The notes under the pieces are model-generated. The model worked only from the letters and a program-made list of their open reading frames with translations, made no database searches and had not been told where the DNA came from. This document shows, piece after piece, positions 50,526 to 64,000 of a stretch of DNA of 64,000 bases. Positions within the stretch are counted from its first letter, which is position 1. Each line of letters opens with the position of its first letter. This stretch comes from Chrysomallon squamiferum (taxonomy: Eukaryota > Animalia > Mollusca): contig CM022665.1 in the NCBI GenBank assembly GCA_012295275.1, positions 37,696,001 through 37,760,000 on the forward strand, read 5' to 3'. The position numbers were made by a program, and so were the translations under genes.

Positions 50526-51700
50526 GCCGTGATTTTCCTACCTCAAATAAGAGGTGCATAAACAGAATTATGTGATATGCCACATAGCGGCTGATTAAAA
50601 TGGTTTGCATTCAACGTTAAATAAAATATCCCATTAATGTATCATAGGTATTGAATGTTCAGTAAGTAAATATTTACTGAACTAAAAGTACCATAATCCG
50701 AAAGTCTAGCTTTCAGGTCAAAGTAAAATGAAGAAGCTAACGTAATCAGTGTCAGTTAAATCAAATTACTTGCAAGGTGGGTTACATTTAGCATTGCATA
50801 AATTATAACAATGGCGTAGGTAAGTATCAATTTTAGACAAAATTATCAGAAGTGTTTGAACGTTTTAAAATAGGAAGAACTGACTGGGATGCTAAAATTG
50901 TATTCTGTCAGTAAGTGCTTTTTGTAAATATTTTTCAGTAACTCTGTAAGGAATAATTCAGATCCTTCAGTGCTCATGTATTAATATTATTAATAAATCT
51001 TACATAAAAATATAATTGCGTCATTGCTTTCGGTAGGTTTTATTCATATTAAGACGAATCGTACTGTTGTCTATGGTTAAAATGTTTTGTCGTAGGCATG
51101 ACAGTTAGTTGGGTCGATCTTTCTTGGTACGTTCTGGCTTATTAAATGCTTTTCTTCTGCCGTAACACTAAGATGTACACATTCACAAACTATTCCTTGC
51201 AGATAAAGTACATGACTGACACCGGGAGGTTTCTCATTCATTTGATCGTTATGAAATACACCTGGTTGAAACCTAATAACCACTAATATTAATAGATGAT
51301 AAACTATCCTCAAAACATATTCATTACATATTAATATTTTTCCAATGCTATCACTGGGTTGTTAAACAATTCCATTATGATTATTATTATTATTATTATT
51401 ATTATTCGCTTTATAGTTTCCCAGTATATCAATCTGAAATTAAAGTTACAATTTAAAGACAAAGGTTTTGTGTCTGAGTCCCTTATTTCTGTCACCTACA
51501 TGGCTAAATCCCATTACAGTTTGTACTACATGATTGATTTATTGAAAACAATGCTATTTGCTTTCCGTGACGAAGTACATAATATTAAATAAAAACTCTG
51601 ACACTAAAACAATGTGTTCATAATGAAATATTAGTAACTATTTGAAAATATTTCAAGTAATTTCTTTTGAAACATTATATCAATATATACAGCACACATA

Positions 51701-51734
<34 letters not shown>

Positions 51735-52849
51735 AGTCTACTACGACAGTGTTAATTTATAAATAGGTTTCTGCAATTTTAGGCGGGATAATATTAACCT
51801 ATGGTTTGTTTGTGTAAATGTTTTTCACTAACAGACTACATAAACCAGACTGAAAGGATCAGCAAATACGTTTGACATTCTCAAGCTGAAAAAGCAACCC
51901 AGTAACCGAATGATGCGATATATTTGTAACGCCACAAAACGTGATAGAAACCGGAAGTACTTCTGTTGTCAGTGGTGCTCCCACTTAATGCCACTTTTCA
52001 AGGAGGTCACACGCGGATCTGCAGGGGAGGTGGGAGTACACGATCAAACTTTACCCATCTAATTCGCCGCTGTTTTTCTTACTTTTTTTTCTTTCTTTCT
52101 TTTGCTTTTCGTATTCTTTTCTCTTTTTCTTTATAAGGAAATTTTATCCTGTAACGATAATGGCACCACTCTTTCAGAAAGACTGGAACCGCTCCAGAAG
52201 ATGTTTGGAATCTGTTTTGGTTTTTCTAGTTCTGGTGTCGGTTTAAAACTAATATTATATACCACACACATACAAATAATAACCAGATAAACATAATCAT
52301 AATTTTTTTTTTATTGAAGCCAACATTTTTACCGGAAATAAAAATAAAAAATAAAAATAAAAAAAAAAAAAATAATTAAATAAAAAAATTAAAATTAAAG
52401 AAAGACGACCTTTCACCTAATGTATAAAGCAAATAGAAAAACAAACAGGAAACATCAAGGTGCACTCATAGATTTAAATATAATAATACATCAATATGTC
52501 CAGGCTGAATGGTTTAAAATTTAATTTTAAAACCTAATGTATCGACGTCACGTTTATTTTTAGTTAGTTAATTAGTTAGTTAATTACTATTATTATTATT
52601 TTATTTATTTATTTATTTATTTATTTTTATTTGTTTATTTGTTTTCAGCAATGAAGTCATGATTCGATAATTATCTATCCCTAACAATTATTAGTTAGTA
52701 CAACTGGTTTAAAACAATTTTAAACCATTGTAAATATGACAGATGACGGTTTATTTTTAGCAGAAGCAGAGTTTAAAGTGTACTTGATGAAAATAACTTT
52801 AAGATATTATTTTCTTTTTAGTAAGGACTAAGTGATTTAAATTATTCCA

Positions 52850-52920
52850 TCAAAGGCCATGGTACGTGCTATCCTGTCGATGGATGGTTTAAAGATTGGC
52901 GGCAGTGACTGTTCTCTCCC
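52850..52920 (+). mobile_element. SINE central-domain fragment
   Basis: caaaggccatggtacgtgctatcctgtc..tggcggcag. Confidence 0.5.
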
Positions 52921-53739
52921 ATTTCATCATTATCCTAACATTTTATGTATCGACAGCTAATAACAGTTAATACCAATGTTTTGAGGTTTCGTGGAATACT
53001 TTTCTTTTTAACAAATAATTATTTCCTTTCTACCCATCCGTTTTCTGCTTTGTTTTTGTTTATTCATATTTTTTTTTTTTTTTTTTTTTTTCCCTTTTTG
53101 TTCCTTTTTTTTTTTTTTTTTTTTTTTTTTGTAAAATTATTTTATCTTTCTGCTCTCTGAGATTAAAAGATATATCTCTATTTTAAATTTCACATTTTTA
53201 GCATTTATTTAACATTTACACTCATTGTTTATTTTACTATTATATCTTATTCTAATATATATATATATTTTTTTTTTTCTTTTCTTTTCTTTCTTCTTCT
53301 TTTCTTTTCTTTTCTTCTGTTTTATTTGTAATTAACGATTCCACTTCACCCTCTATGTATTAATTTCCGGAACAGCCATGACGTTCAAAATGAGATTAGT
53401 TTTTAAGAGGTACTTCGACCGCCAACTGTGTACATGACATTAAGCGTTTGCGAAGATAGTCAGTCTTAAGTCATATCTTTATGGAGGTATATTTTTTTCT
53501 TTCACTAGGATTTCCTCAGCTAAATTTGAAAACACTAAACTCTGAAATAGATTCGCTATCTGTAACAGAATAATAGATTCAGTGTTAGGTTGTTTTTTGG
53601 TGTGTTTTTTTTTTGCACTGAAGTTAAAATCTTTATAAAACGAATTCATATCTTCCTCATGTAATTGAGTAAGATAATAAGAAGGTTTTCTTTTCTTTTC
53701 TTTCTTTCTTTGCTGGTTTTTATTTTAAATTTTTTTTAA

Positions 53740-53784
<45 letters not shown>

Positions 53785-54162
53785 CATAAATAAATAAATA
53801 AATAAATAAATATTTTTTAAGGTGAAGGAGAGTTTTCAGTTATGTTTTCTCCCTTATGGATTCGCTTCTGAATATAAAGACTTTATTTTATAGTTTGTAA
53901 TTAAGTACGAATGTTTGTTCGTACGCACGTACATACATACATACATACATACATACACACACACCTACATATATACGTACATACATACCACACATTGATA
54001 GAACTCTCACGAAGAAAGAGCTTCTTTAAATACCAATTTGAAATGCCACTTTTAATTCCATAAGTTACTGCCAGGTAACTTGGCACTTATTTATCCAAAT
54101 ACAATCTATTCTAGTCACGTATTTAAGACTGAGTGAAGAAGAAAAGAAAAGAAAAAAAAAAA

Positions 54163-54189
54163 AGCCTTAACTAATAAGTTATTAGAGAA

Positions 54190-54222
<33 letters not shown>

Positions 54223-54272
54223 AAAACCTTAACTAATAAGTTATTAGAAGAAAAAAAGCCTTAACTAATATG
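54163..54272 (+). repeat. Three copies of CCTTAACTAATAAGTTATTAGA separated by A-tracts
   Basis: Units at ~54165, ~54227, ~54259 (third truncated). Confidence 0.85.
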
Positions 54273-55057
54273 ATATAAGTAAAAAAAAAAAAAAAAAAAT
54301 GGTTTCGTCAAACGCTGTTTATGATTTACTATCCCAACCTTTCAAAAAATAAGATACCGTTAATGCTGACGATGGCGGCCAATCGTTTGTTTCTACTAGA
54401 ATAGCAACTCGAGATTATTTTTGATTTAGTGCATGATGAAAAACAGCAGCATCTGCCAATATTTCGACCAGAAATAGAGCCGATTGACCGTTAAAAAAAA
54501 AAAAAAATATTCCGTCTCAAATCTAGTTAGAAACAAAACTCAATTAACACTCCAAGATTGGACGTTTGTCTTAAGCATACGTGAGCTTAACGAGTTCCAG
54601 AGCAATTAGAGACGATTTCCGAATTGGAAACACGATTGCAATTGATTTGTTACAGGCATTACGTAGATAGCTAAGTTTAGTCTTGTGTGCAAAGTTATCA
54701 ACAGATTAGGAAAGATCGTTAGATGCTGGGTGCCATTATAGGTAAGGATAAAGATGCATGCAACAAGAAATTCCTTTTTGTTACGCAACTGGTATGGAAA
54801 ACATTAAGAAAAGAGATTCAGAAAGAAAAGAAAACAAATTTTAAAAAGGAAAGAAAAAAAAAAAAAAAAAAAAAAAGAAGAAGAAAAAAATGTAATGAAT
54901 GTAATGAAGATAATCACTTAACATTCCAATATCTATTAAGAATAGTTTTCTTTAAAACAGAAAACAAGCAAAGATAAAAGACACAAAAGGTAATATAGGA
55001 GGTCATATGTAGTGTCAAAATACTTTATTTAAAAGAAAACGAAAGAACAAAACAAAA

Positions 55058-55124
<67 letters not shown>

Positions 55125-56454
55125 AAAAAATAAATAAATAAAATAAAATAAAATAAAATAAAAGTAACAAAAATAAATAAAACAACGAGGAATCAACCAC
55201 AAAAGAAGCAAAGAATAATACATTTTTTTATTAAAAACCCCACATAAAACAAATCTCCATTACTTTTAATTTTGTGTTTAATCTAAGTATTATGAAAAGA
55301 TAAAAACAAATTCCAATCAAATTCCAGCTTATAATTATTTTTTGTATTTCTAAACGCCCTCATCTAATATTACTAACCATGCACATAAGTATTAGAAATA
55401 CGTAGACCTCAAAACGAATTTATTACATACATATATCTATGTGTGTATAGGCATTTCTGAGTTTCACGTGTTTAATATTTATACACAAATGCACGTGTAT
55501 AAAATTATAAGAGTATATTATAAGTAAGAGCTAACATAAATGTGTTGGGGAGTTCGAATCTCTGGCAGTGCCGGTCGTTGCAATCTGCGTAGGCAGAACA
55601 AAACAAATCTCAAGGGCAAAAAAGAAAAAGAAAAAAAGAAAAAAGAATAATCTATATGAATATATATGTTTCAGTTCTTGCACGTGTGTGTGTGTGTGTG
55701 TGTGTTTCAGTTCTTGCACGTATATATATATATATTATATCTGAACTTGTTTGTGTGTACGTGTGGTTTTTATTAATTTTTATACGTATGTATAAACGTA
55801 AGTGTAAGTGCCTAAACGCTCCTTTAATCTTCGACATATTTCTTGAACGTAGTCATATTTTGTTACTATCACACACACAACGTCTACGGAAACCCTTCAA
55901 GCAGAATAATCGTGTTACGGGTTCATCTTTGATGATGCTTAAAAACTGAAAGAATGATATATCTATGAGAATTTATCATTTCATACACTGACTTATCTAG
56001 ACGCCGAGAGAGGCAGCTTGGTACATCACACATAAAAGAAAAATTGTTTCTTTAAACGGAAAGACAGCTGACAGGGGGTGAGAGGGGGCACTAAGGGGTT
56101 TAAGTGAGGGCACTTCATACATTAATTCGTATTGCATTTGAGGCGATATGCTTCAAAATAAATGGCTACTGGAACCGTTTTGTAGAATTAGTTAGTAAGC
56201 TGGCAAGCTCGAATTTTATTTGTTTATTTATTTGTTTGTTTGTTAGTATTGTTGTCCTTGTTATCAAAAAAGATAATAAACTTTCTTGATTAGATAGAAT
56301 CGTTGTCTGGTTTCGTATTTTGTATTTTAACATGAAATAAACAATGATTTAATTACAGTATTTATGTATGAAAGCGCATACTGCAAAATTCAACATTAAC
56401 ATGGGCTTAAACACTGAACTTTTAGAGCAAGTTACAGAAGGCTGATGTAGATTC

Positions 56455-56530
56455 TTTCCTGTTTATGGAAAAGTGCATATAAAATATCTCTTGCAGTTAA
56501 TAGGAAAAAAGTAACAGATTTTATCTCAAT
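56455..56530 (+). mobile_element. SINE central-domain fragment
   Basis: ttcctgtttatggaaaagtgcatataaaatatctcttgcagttaatagg. Confidence 0.5.
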
Positions 56531-57489
56531 ATAAGCTATGTTATAAACCCAAATATTCCAGTACCAGTATATATATATATATATGAACAAATATTATTTA
56601 TGTATATATGAACAAAAATTATTTTTACAAATTAATGGTCAAAAACAAACCCAACAACTATTATGTCTATATCGTTGCAATGAAGTGTAAAATAAACACC
56701 ATTTAATCGCGCGAGTTCTGTGCAAGAAACAGCGGAGGTCACTGTATATGGACGAAAGACTTACACAGATATAAAAAGAGGTCGTTCTTCTGACCCAACT
56801 GATTATTACAGAGGAACAACCTAGTCTCTTATGTCAAATGCGATGGAAAAGAATGATGCACTATGACCTTTTTGCTGTTTTTTTCCTCATAATCACCTTC
56901 TTAAGCTATCAACATATTGCCAATTAAAAGCTATATTTATAAAAGTGCCAATTACAGGGCAATAAACGAAAACCTTGGCACAGATTGTATTTTAGTTTTT
57001 AAATTTATTTTATTTTATATATATATATAATTTTTTTTTTTTTTTCATTTTTATTTTTCAAATTAATATCGTCTGATGCTGACCCATACTTGCTATTTCG
57101 TGCCGCTGGTTCCAATTAGCTCACGTGTGGACAAGTGTAATGACTTGAGTTACGAATAGTTTCATAAATTTTACAGTATTTACTTAATTTGAACTTAGTA
57201 ACTAATCTTTTAACGTTTCATTGTTACAAATAGAAGGAGCTTTATTTGCATAGTCATCATCATCGTCATCATCATTGTTATCATCATTTATTTATTTATT
57301 TTTGTAGTTCATTTTGTAGTTACAGATAATAGACAGAACACAACAGATGTTGCTTGGAGCCCTATGAGAATTAAAAATCAAAGTCAGCAAATTTCCGTCC
57401 AAGTACAAACATAAAACTTATCATTCATTAGTTGTTGCTATTTTGCTATAAGATCATGACTAGTAATTCCATTCATGGCTAAAAATAAA

Positions 57490-57541
<52 letters not shown>

Positions 57542-57998
57542 GAAGAAGAAGAAAAAAAGAAGAAGAAGACCTTTAGGCTTTTGGTATTGGAATTAAAATA
57601 CACATAATGACACAGATAAACGTACACACACATATACACAGAGACACATACAAGCGTACCTTCAAAGAAATAAAAACAACCCAAAACAGAGAAACACCCA
57701 GATATATAGACTCGGATACGTACACACATATATAGGTAAAGACAGGTACACAAGCACACAACGTACACAAATACATATACAAACACACAAACACGCATAC
57801 GTACATATATGTTCAGCCACATACAAATACATACAATTACCCTAAAAAAACACGACAAACATATAAATACTCATACATTTTAGATCAAGTGGATTCAAAT
57901 GATCTTGGTTCTCCAGTATTAAGTTTATGCTGGAGTTAGTTATGATACATAATCCTTTACCTTTTGTCTTGATACGTTTATCCATCATGCCACCAAGA

Positions 57999-58059
<61 letters not shown>

Positions 58060-59217
58060 CTTGACGATGACATTATCATGGAATATGAGAGAAAATTCCA
58101 AGTCCATAATGGAATACTCCTTGTATTAACTAACAGCTTGGATTCTCTCCCTGAAACTTGCTAAACATTATTAGAAGTATTGAAACAAAAATATCACCGT
58201 TCGTTTTCTTTCTCTTTTCTTTTCTTTTTTTTTTGTTGTTGTTTTTTATTTATTTATTTATTTAATATTTCTCGGCTTTACATATTTTGCCTGTTATAAA
58301 TACTTCATACATCAACAAAACTCAACTGAAAGGAATTTTACTTGTTTAATATCTCACTCTCTCTCTCTTTTCCAGCTCTGCTTCTCCTTAGAACCAAATT
58401 ATCTGCCTTCACGGATATAAAACACCATCTCGCAATGACAATAATTTAAAACATTAATTTTTCAAAACAAGGAGATTTATTTTCAAGCGTATGGCAGGAA
58501 AAAACAGAAAAGAAAAAAAAAACAACAAAAAAACAACCGCCTTCGTATATTTTACACCTGTCAAAAGCAAAGAAAATTGTTTTAAACGTTAGAGTAACCA
58601 GAATCCGGTATGTTTAATATACCGTGAAGAACCGAGCAGGTAACATAACGTGTCATTAAATGTTCTGCTGAGCGGAAACCTTTTGACTTTGTCAGACACT
58701 GAATTCCGATACAATTATAGCTCTCTAGTCAGAACAAGAACAGTTAAAGTATGCCTATTATGGTCAAACAGTTCAGGGAACTTCGATTGTCTGATAACAA
58801 AATAATGTTATAGTGAGATGTTGGAAAATTAAACAAAAAAGTCCATTTAAAACTGAAATAGAAAATTAACTACATTAAATCTCTCGACCTCCTTGTTAAT
58901 TTTCATCTGATTTCCATATAACTGCACGACGATCAACAGCTGTGCAGATATTTATAATGGTTTGGCGTGACAGGGTAGAATATAAACCAGTGTTGAAGCT
59001 TTCGCTTGATTGAGAATAATGTAAGATAAGACGAATAAGAAACAAGCCATCATACATATAAATAAATAAACAATCAATCAAACAAACAAACAAACAAAAA
59101 TAATCATTCATTAAAATGTAATTATATCAGTCTAGTCATCAATAATTGCAGGTATTTTCGTCATTAGTGACTGTTCTGAGTTATTTCCCTTCCCGTTCAG
59201 TTGACAGAAATTCGTTT

Positions 59218-59280
59218 ATCAATGGCGGTGGTACGTACTTTCCTGTCTATGGGAAAGCGATGTTAACTGATTCGTGCTGT
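59218..59280 (+). mobile_element. SINE central-domain fragment
   Basis: atcaatggcggtggtacgtactttcctgtctatgggaaagcg. Confidence 0.45.
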
Positions 59281-59641
59281 GTGATGTCAAGGCTTTATTA
59301 TTCTATCTGTTGCATAACGAACTGTTTGACACAAATAACATGAGGTATTGCTAGAGAAGTATCCATTCATTGACGGTTTCATTCCATATACATTTAAAAT
59401 ACATTTATTATTAAAAATTGTTAAAAATATTCTTTAACCCCCCCAAAAAAAAAAAAAAAAAAAAAAAAAAGCCAACAGTAACAAACACCAACAGTAATGG
59501 CGATGAATACAATTACAACGATAGCAACAGTAATTTAGTTTTTGGGGTTTAATTACAAATATCAAAAAACAACAACAACAATAATAAACAACTCTATTTA
59601 ACAATATTCTTAAAATATATAGACGTTATATAATACTTTAT

Positions 59642-59644
<3 letters not shown>

Positions 59645-59728
<84 letters not shown>
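59645..59728. repeat. (AG)n microsatellite
   Basis: Perfect dinucleotide run. Confidence 0.95.
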
Positions 59729-59729
<1 letters not shown>

Positions 59730-60284
59730 AACAACAACTACACGTAAGAAAAACTTTTAAAGTAAAACTACATAAACACATCAGTCTTTTGAAAACGAAC
59801 TAGCCTCGCTACAGTGACACGGACGGGTCAAGGAAAACAGTAACCTGATAGATAGTGGAAAAAACGAGTGTTTAACAGGTGAGATCATTTAATTAAATCG
59901 TATCATCTCGAGTCGATCACGTTATTACCGTTTAATAACATAACATGAAAAAGGAATCAACTGAGTTGTCACGCCCAAGTCAATCAACTTTCGTAACAAT
60001 TGACAGAGAATGACAGAAATCATTTACATGAAATTGAAGATTTAAACGAATTACGTGCTTTATATGCCCCACCCACGACTGTTTGCGTCGTTTCCACATC
60101 ACTTACTAAATATGTTTTTTTTAAATATATTTCAAACGCAGTTACCGCGAAATAAGATTAAAATGTCATATTTTGTGGTTATTAAAAGTTTTTAGTTCAA
60201 CCATTCTGGTTTTGAGATTATGTAGTTGACCTTCACCTACGTACAGGTGTCTATCATCTCCATGCAAGTATAAAAAATGATGAT

Positions 60285-60383
60285 GATGTTGATAATAATA
60301 ATGAATTACAGATAACGAAGAGATGAAACCTGTTACCGCCATGTTATCTGTTACCGTTTTTAGATTAGCAAAAAGGGACGTTT
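60285..60383 (-). repeat. Left arm of 99-bp inverted repeat (SINE-related)
   Basis: Reverse complement matches 63280-63378 at 93/99 positions, no gaps. Confidence 0.9.
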
Positions 60384-60864
60384 GTATGCGCCTTCTCATA
60401 GATCAACCCTATGGGACGGCTCAGGTCGAGAAGGACTGACAACTAAATCACGAACCCAACCTTTTATTTATTTATTTATTACTTTTAACAGTGAAATTCT
60501 TGTAGCTATTAAAGCTATCAGCCTAATTATCACAGTTATGATATAACCTTTTCTGAAATCTTAGTTTTGGCTCAGAAAGAATGCAAGGAAACCAACAAGA
60601 AGAAAAGTTGTTAAATTAAAATTTTTATTAACTGTTGATTAATACTTTGCATAAGAAGCCTTATGATAAGATTTTCTGAATTCGTCGAAAAGAGAATGTG
60701 AACTAAAAGTCTGAAAACAACAAACTACCAGCATTAAATTATTAATTTATGTACTTAATTACTAAGTAGATGGTAAATTAGCATTTGCTTAGGAGAGAAA
60801 TTCTTTCAGTCTCTAGTGCATTAGAAAAGAAAATATTGGATTTTTATTATATTATTATTATAAA

Positions 60865-60895
<31 letters not shown>

Positions 60896-63279
60896 TTTTC
60901 AGCATTAAAACATTAACATACTCGTTCACTTATTCAAATAGATCGAGCACCAGTTTTGCATTGTTTGTCTTCTGGTTCAATGCGATTTGAATTACAAGTA
61001 GCTGTTCTTAATCTAAAGAAGACAGAAGAGTATAAACATGACAAGCCAAAACTCTTGTATATTGATACATTTGATATAAATTATACACAAGTGTTTTGCA
61101 CATACGTTTGCCTTACCTTAAGCTTTAACAAAATGTATGACACAAATAACTGACATACCTTTGCTTGGGAATTTACAGAAAGAAAAACACGCATGCCACG
61201 ACACACACATGCAATTAATAGGAATTATAGCAGGGCGTTTTCTTCGCTCTCAGATAGCTTGTAAATACTCGATCAGCCTACAACGAAGCGCAGTCGAGCA
61301 TGTTTTTTGATTTAATGATAACTTTTTTTTTTTTTTTTTTTTTTTTTTTACGTATTTGTGTCTGCGGAAGCTTAGCTTTGAAAAGTAAAATGACGGGAAT
61401 CTTGAAAAAAACGGAAAAAAAGATTCTTTGAAAGACGGATGATCCGATCGACCTGTCATCGTTACGCTTCTCGCCTCGGTTCGCTTCACCTGAAAATGAT
61501 TGCAAAATTGGCTTCGTGTAATAAATAAATGGGTTGTACTTCACGGGTTAGATGTCTGAACGATCACCAGTAGCAAAACTGCTTCTCTACTTATAATATG
61601 TTTTTTTTTTTCTTTTTTTTTTTTTTTCACGTCCCTGCCTATGAAAGATAATTCCTTACTAATAATCGCGATTATTTTCAGATGTACATAAAAAGTTCCT
61701 GGAAAATGTGTTGTGTTCTTGTGAAGAGTATATATAGAAAAATCAAACGTTTCATACACAATAGGCGATTACAGAAAATTAGTCAGTAAGTTCTGGACGA
61801 GTCGTTAATAATTAAAATAATAACTGAAACTCAGGAATCGGTAAACATAATATTACTTTTCATTTAAAACTTAGACCTAGGCCGAAGTAATCAAAATAAC
61901 CAGATATATAAATACACTATCATTAAAAGTACGACAACGCGAAGACAAGAAAGTATTTTATAACTGATATCATGTTCTTTGTCGGGCTCATCAGTTCAGA
62001 TAAAGAGTAAAGAACGAGCGAGCGAAAGAATGAAGACCTATATTTATGTAATATATTAACATTCAAATAAAACCAGACCTGTAAGACGTATGGTTTGTTA
62101 GATTGCACTGTTGTAGAAAGTAGCGATTCAGACGCATGATTTACGGATGATCAGCAGTAAAAATTTAAAAAAAAAGAAAAAAAGAGAAGAATTTTTTCTC
62201 TTAAAAGACAATAACGGTAATAGATCATTCCATTAAATAACTTACACAGCTAACATTTACGACTGAGCTCACGTGTTCTGCTTCTAAATCAAAGGCTTTG
62301 TCATTAATTTTAAGAACTGATAATGAAATTTTACATCTTGAATATAAAAAATGTCTTGGTTTTAGATTTATAACTAAAAACCGCCATAAAAGTAAATATC
62401 GCTTGTGCAAGCGTCAGAAGCGGAAGTTGGACGTGTATTATAATTATTTCAAAGTCCTCTCTTTTTTTTTTTTTAACTGCTTGCACGTTTCTTTCGTTTT
62501 AAGACTATTTCTTCTCTCCTCCACCTATTCCATCCCCCCTCTCTTTAACTCCTTTCCTTATATCTCATTTACCTCTCTCTCTCTGAGTTTCTCTGTAACT
62601 GTCTCTAGAGTTCGATTTATTCAGTAATTTCTTGATATCGTCTTCTCTTATATGAAAACAAAAAAATTAAATGACTGGTACTTTTTTGTACCTGTTCTAA
62701 TTCTTATGCTTAAGAAATTGCACGTGTCATAAATTAAGCATAAGCAAAAATACTCATAGTTCACTTTTTATTGCACCATAAACGTCTGTTCTCTAACTAG
62801 ACTGCATATGTTGCAGACGATGCATTTCTAATGTTGATCAGACTATATCTACTGTAAACCATTAAGCCAAACATGCTTTGAACGGATGTACGCACATTCA
62901 CGTGCATGTTCTGCACCGCTGGCAGCATCCGATAACATAGGCACAGATTCTTTTGTCGACCGGCTGGGACCTGAAGTTGAACACGTTTGTTCGAAGTTGG
63001 TCCCATTAAATCATTTCATACAGACGTCAGTGAAATCACAGAAATATTTAACCGCGACTCGAAAACACGACAATAAAAACAGACACTCGCCAATAATTGA
63101 ATTTAGCCGGCATCGAGACCGCTGACAGTGGTTGTTCTCAATCGTAAACCTAAATGCAAACTTGGACAGTCTGATATTCTTTAATTTAGTTTTTGGAAAA
63201 ATATATTACATTAGTTTAATTTAAATTCTGCAGCTGTCGCCTGCGGACTGAACAGAAGTAAAATTAATGTGCAGAAATA

Positions 63280-63378
63280 AAACGTCCCGTTTTGCTAATC
63301 TAAAAAGAGTAACAGACAACATGGCGGTAACAGGTTTCATCTCTTCGTTATCTGTAATTCGTTATTGTTATCAACATC
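63280..63378 (+). repeat. Right arm of 99-bp inverted repeat (SINE-related)
   Basis: See 60285-60383. Confidence 0.9.
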
Positions 63379-63567
63379 TTAAAACTATCGTTAAAAAAGG
63401 AATCAATAAATATATCAATATGGAAATATGGCTTCAAACATACAGCTGATGATATAAGATAGAACCCATTTCGTTACTGTTTTGGCTACTTTTATCTATT
63501 ATGTCGTATAACTTTCGTTAGAGATGGAATCTCCATTGTAATTATTATTATTATTATTATTATTATT

Positions 63568-63604
<37 letters not shown>

Positions 63605-64000
63605 ATTTATTTTTTTTTTTTTTTTTTTTAAGGATGGTTATCATTAAACATTCATTATGTTTATGTATAGAGAAGATATAAGTAATTTATTTAAAGTGTT
63701 TTAAAATCTAATATCCAAGACGTAATTTGATAATCTTAGGGAAGGTCCCTGATTCATTACCTTGTAATTGCTATTGAAATAAATGTTTACATGCATATAT
63801 AAATAACAGAAAAACACGTACAAGTGATTTACGCTCAGAAATTCTAATTCCCATCAGATGCGTACCATAACTAATCTTATTATGATCAAAAAGCTCAGCC
63901 ATTAAACTGCTACTAACAAACACTCTAAAAACAAACGGTATACTTCCAAATAATGATATTATTTCAAAGAACCTTTAAAAATAATAAAGTATAAAATATA

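Noticed and set aside
54163-54272. CRISPR-like repeat-spacer array
   Set aside because: Eukaryotic context, spacers are poly(A), no cas genes
55545-55575. GGAGTTCGAATCTC T-arm/B-box as a tRNA
   Set aside because: No D-arm, anticodon arm or acceptor stem
59879-59900. TGAGATCATT resembling the bantam miRNA 5' end
   Set aside because: Only 10 nt match, no convincing precursor hairpin arm
61975-61998. CTGATGAG (- strand) and at 2582 (+) as hammerhead ribozyme cores
   Set aside because: No stem II closed by GAAA in either case
48000-64000. The many 60-130 aa ORFs in the track (e.g. 57460-57858, 62298-62627)
   Set aside because: Low-complexity translations of microsatellite/AT-rich DNA with no recognisable domains

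Overview
AT-rich (~30% GC by eye), microsatellite-rich animal genomic DNA with spliceosomal introns; SINE-like fragments suggest a mollusc/gastropod (inference from memory, not verified). Three intron-containing genes were reconstructed by hand: (1) an unrecognised 2-exon, 186-aa type-I membrane protein gene (+, 1472-5066); (2) RBM25 (-, 18 coding exons, 21961-10544, ~793 aa, RRM + E/R-rich + PWI); (3) DPP3 (+, 18 coding exons, 26006-47768, ~730 aa, HELLGH/EECRAE), head-to-head with RBM25 across a CpG-rich ~0.7 kb region. Most notable: RBM25 seems to carry a multi-part unproductive-splicing circuit (a 25-nt stop-containing micro-exon inside a dense cluster of strong unused 5' splice sites, a PTC-generating alternative donor, a GC-AG intron and a uORF whose stop overlaps the start codon); DPP3 has a 1-nt frame discrepancy at coding exon 5 and keeps the KEAP1-binding ETGE motif. 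48-64 kb has no recognisable coding gene, only repeats, a 99-bp inverted-repeat pair and CpG-rich patches.
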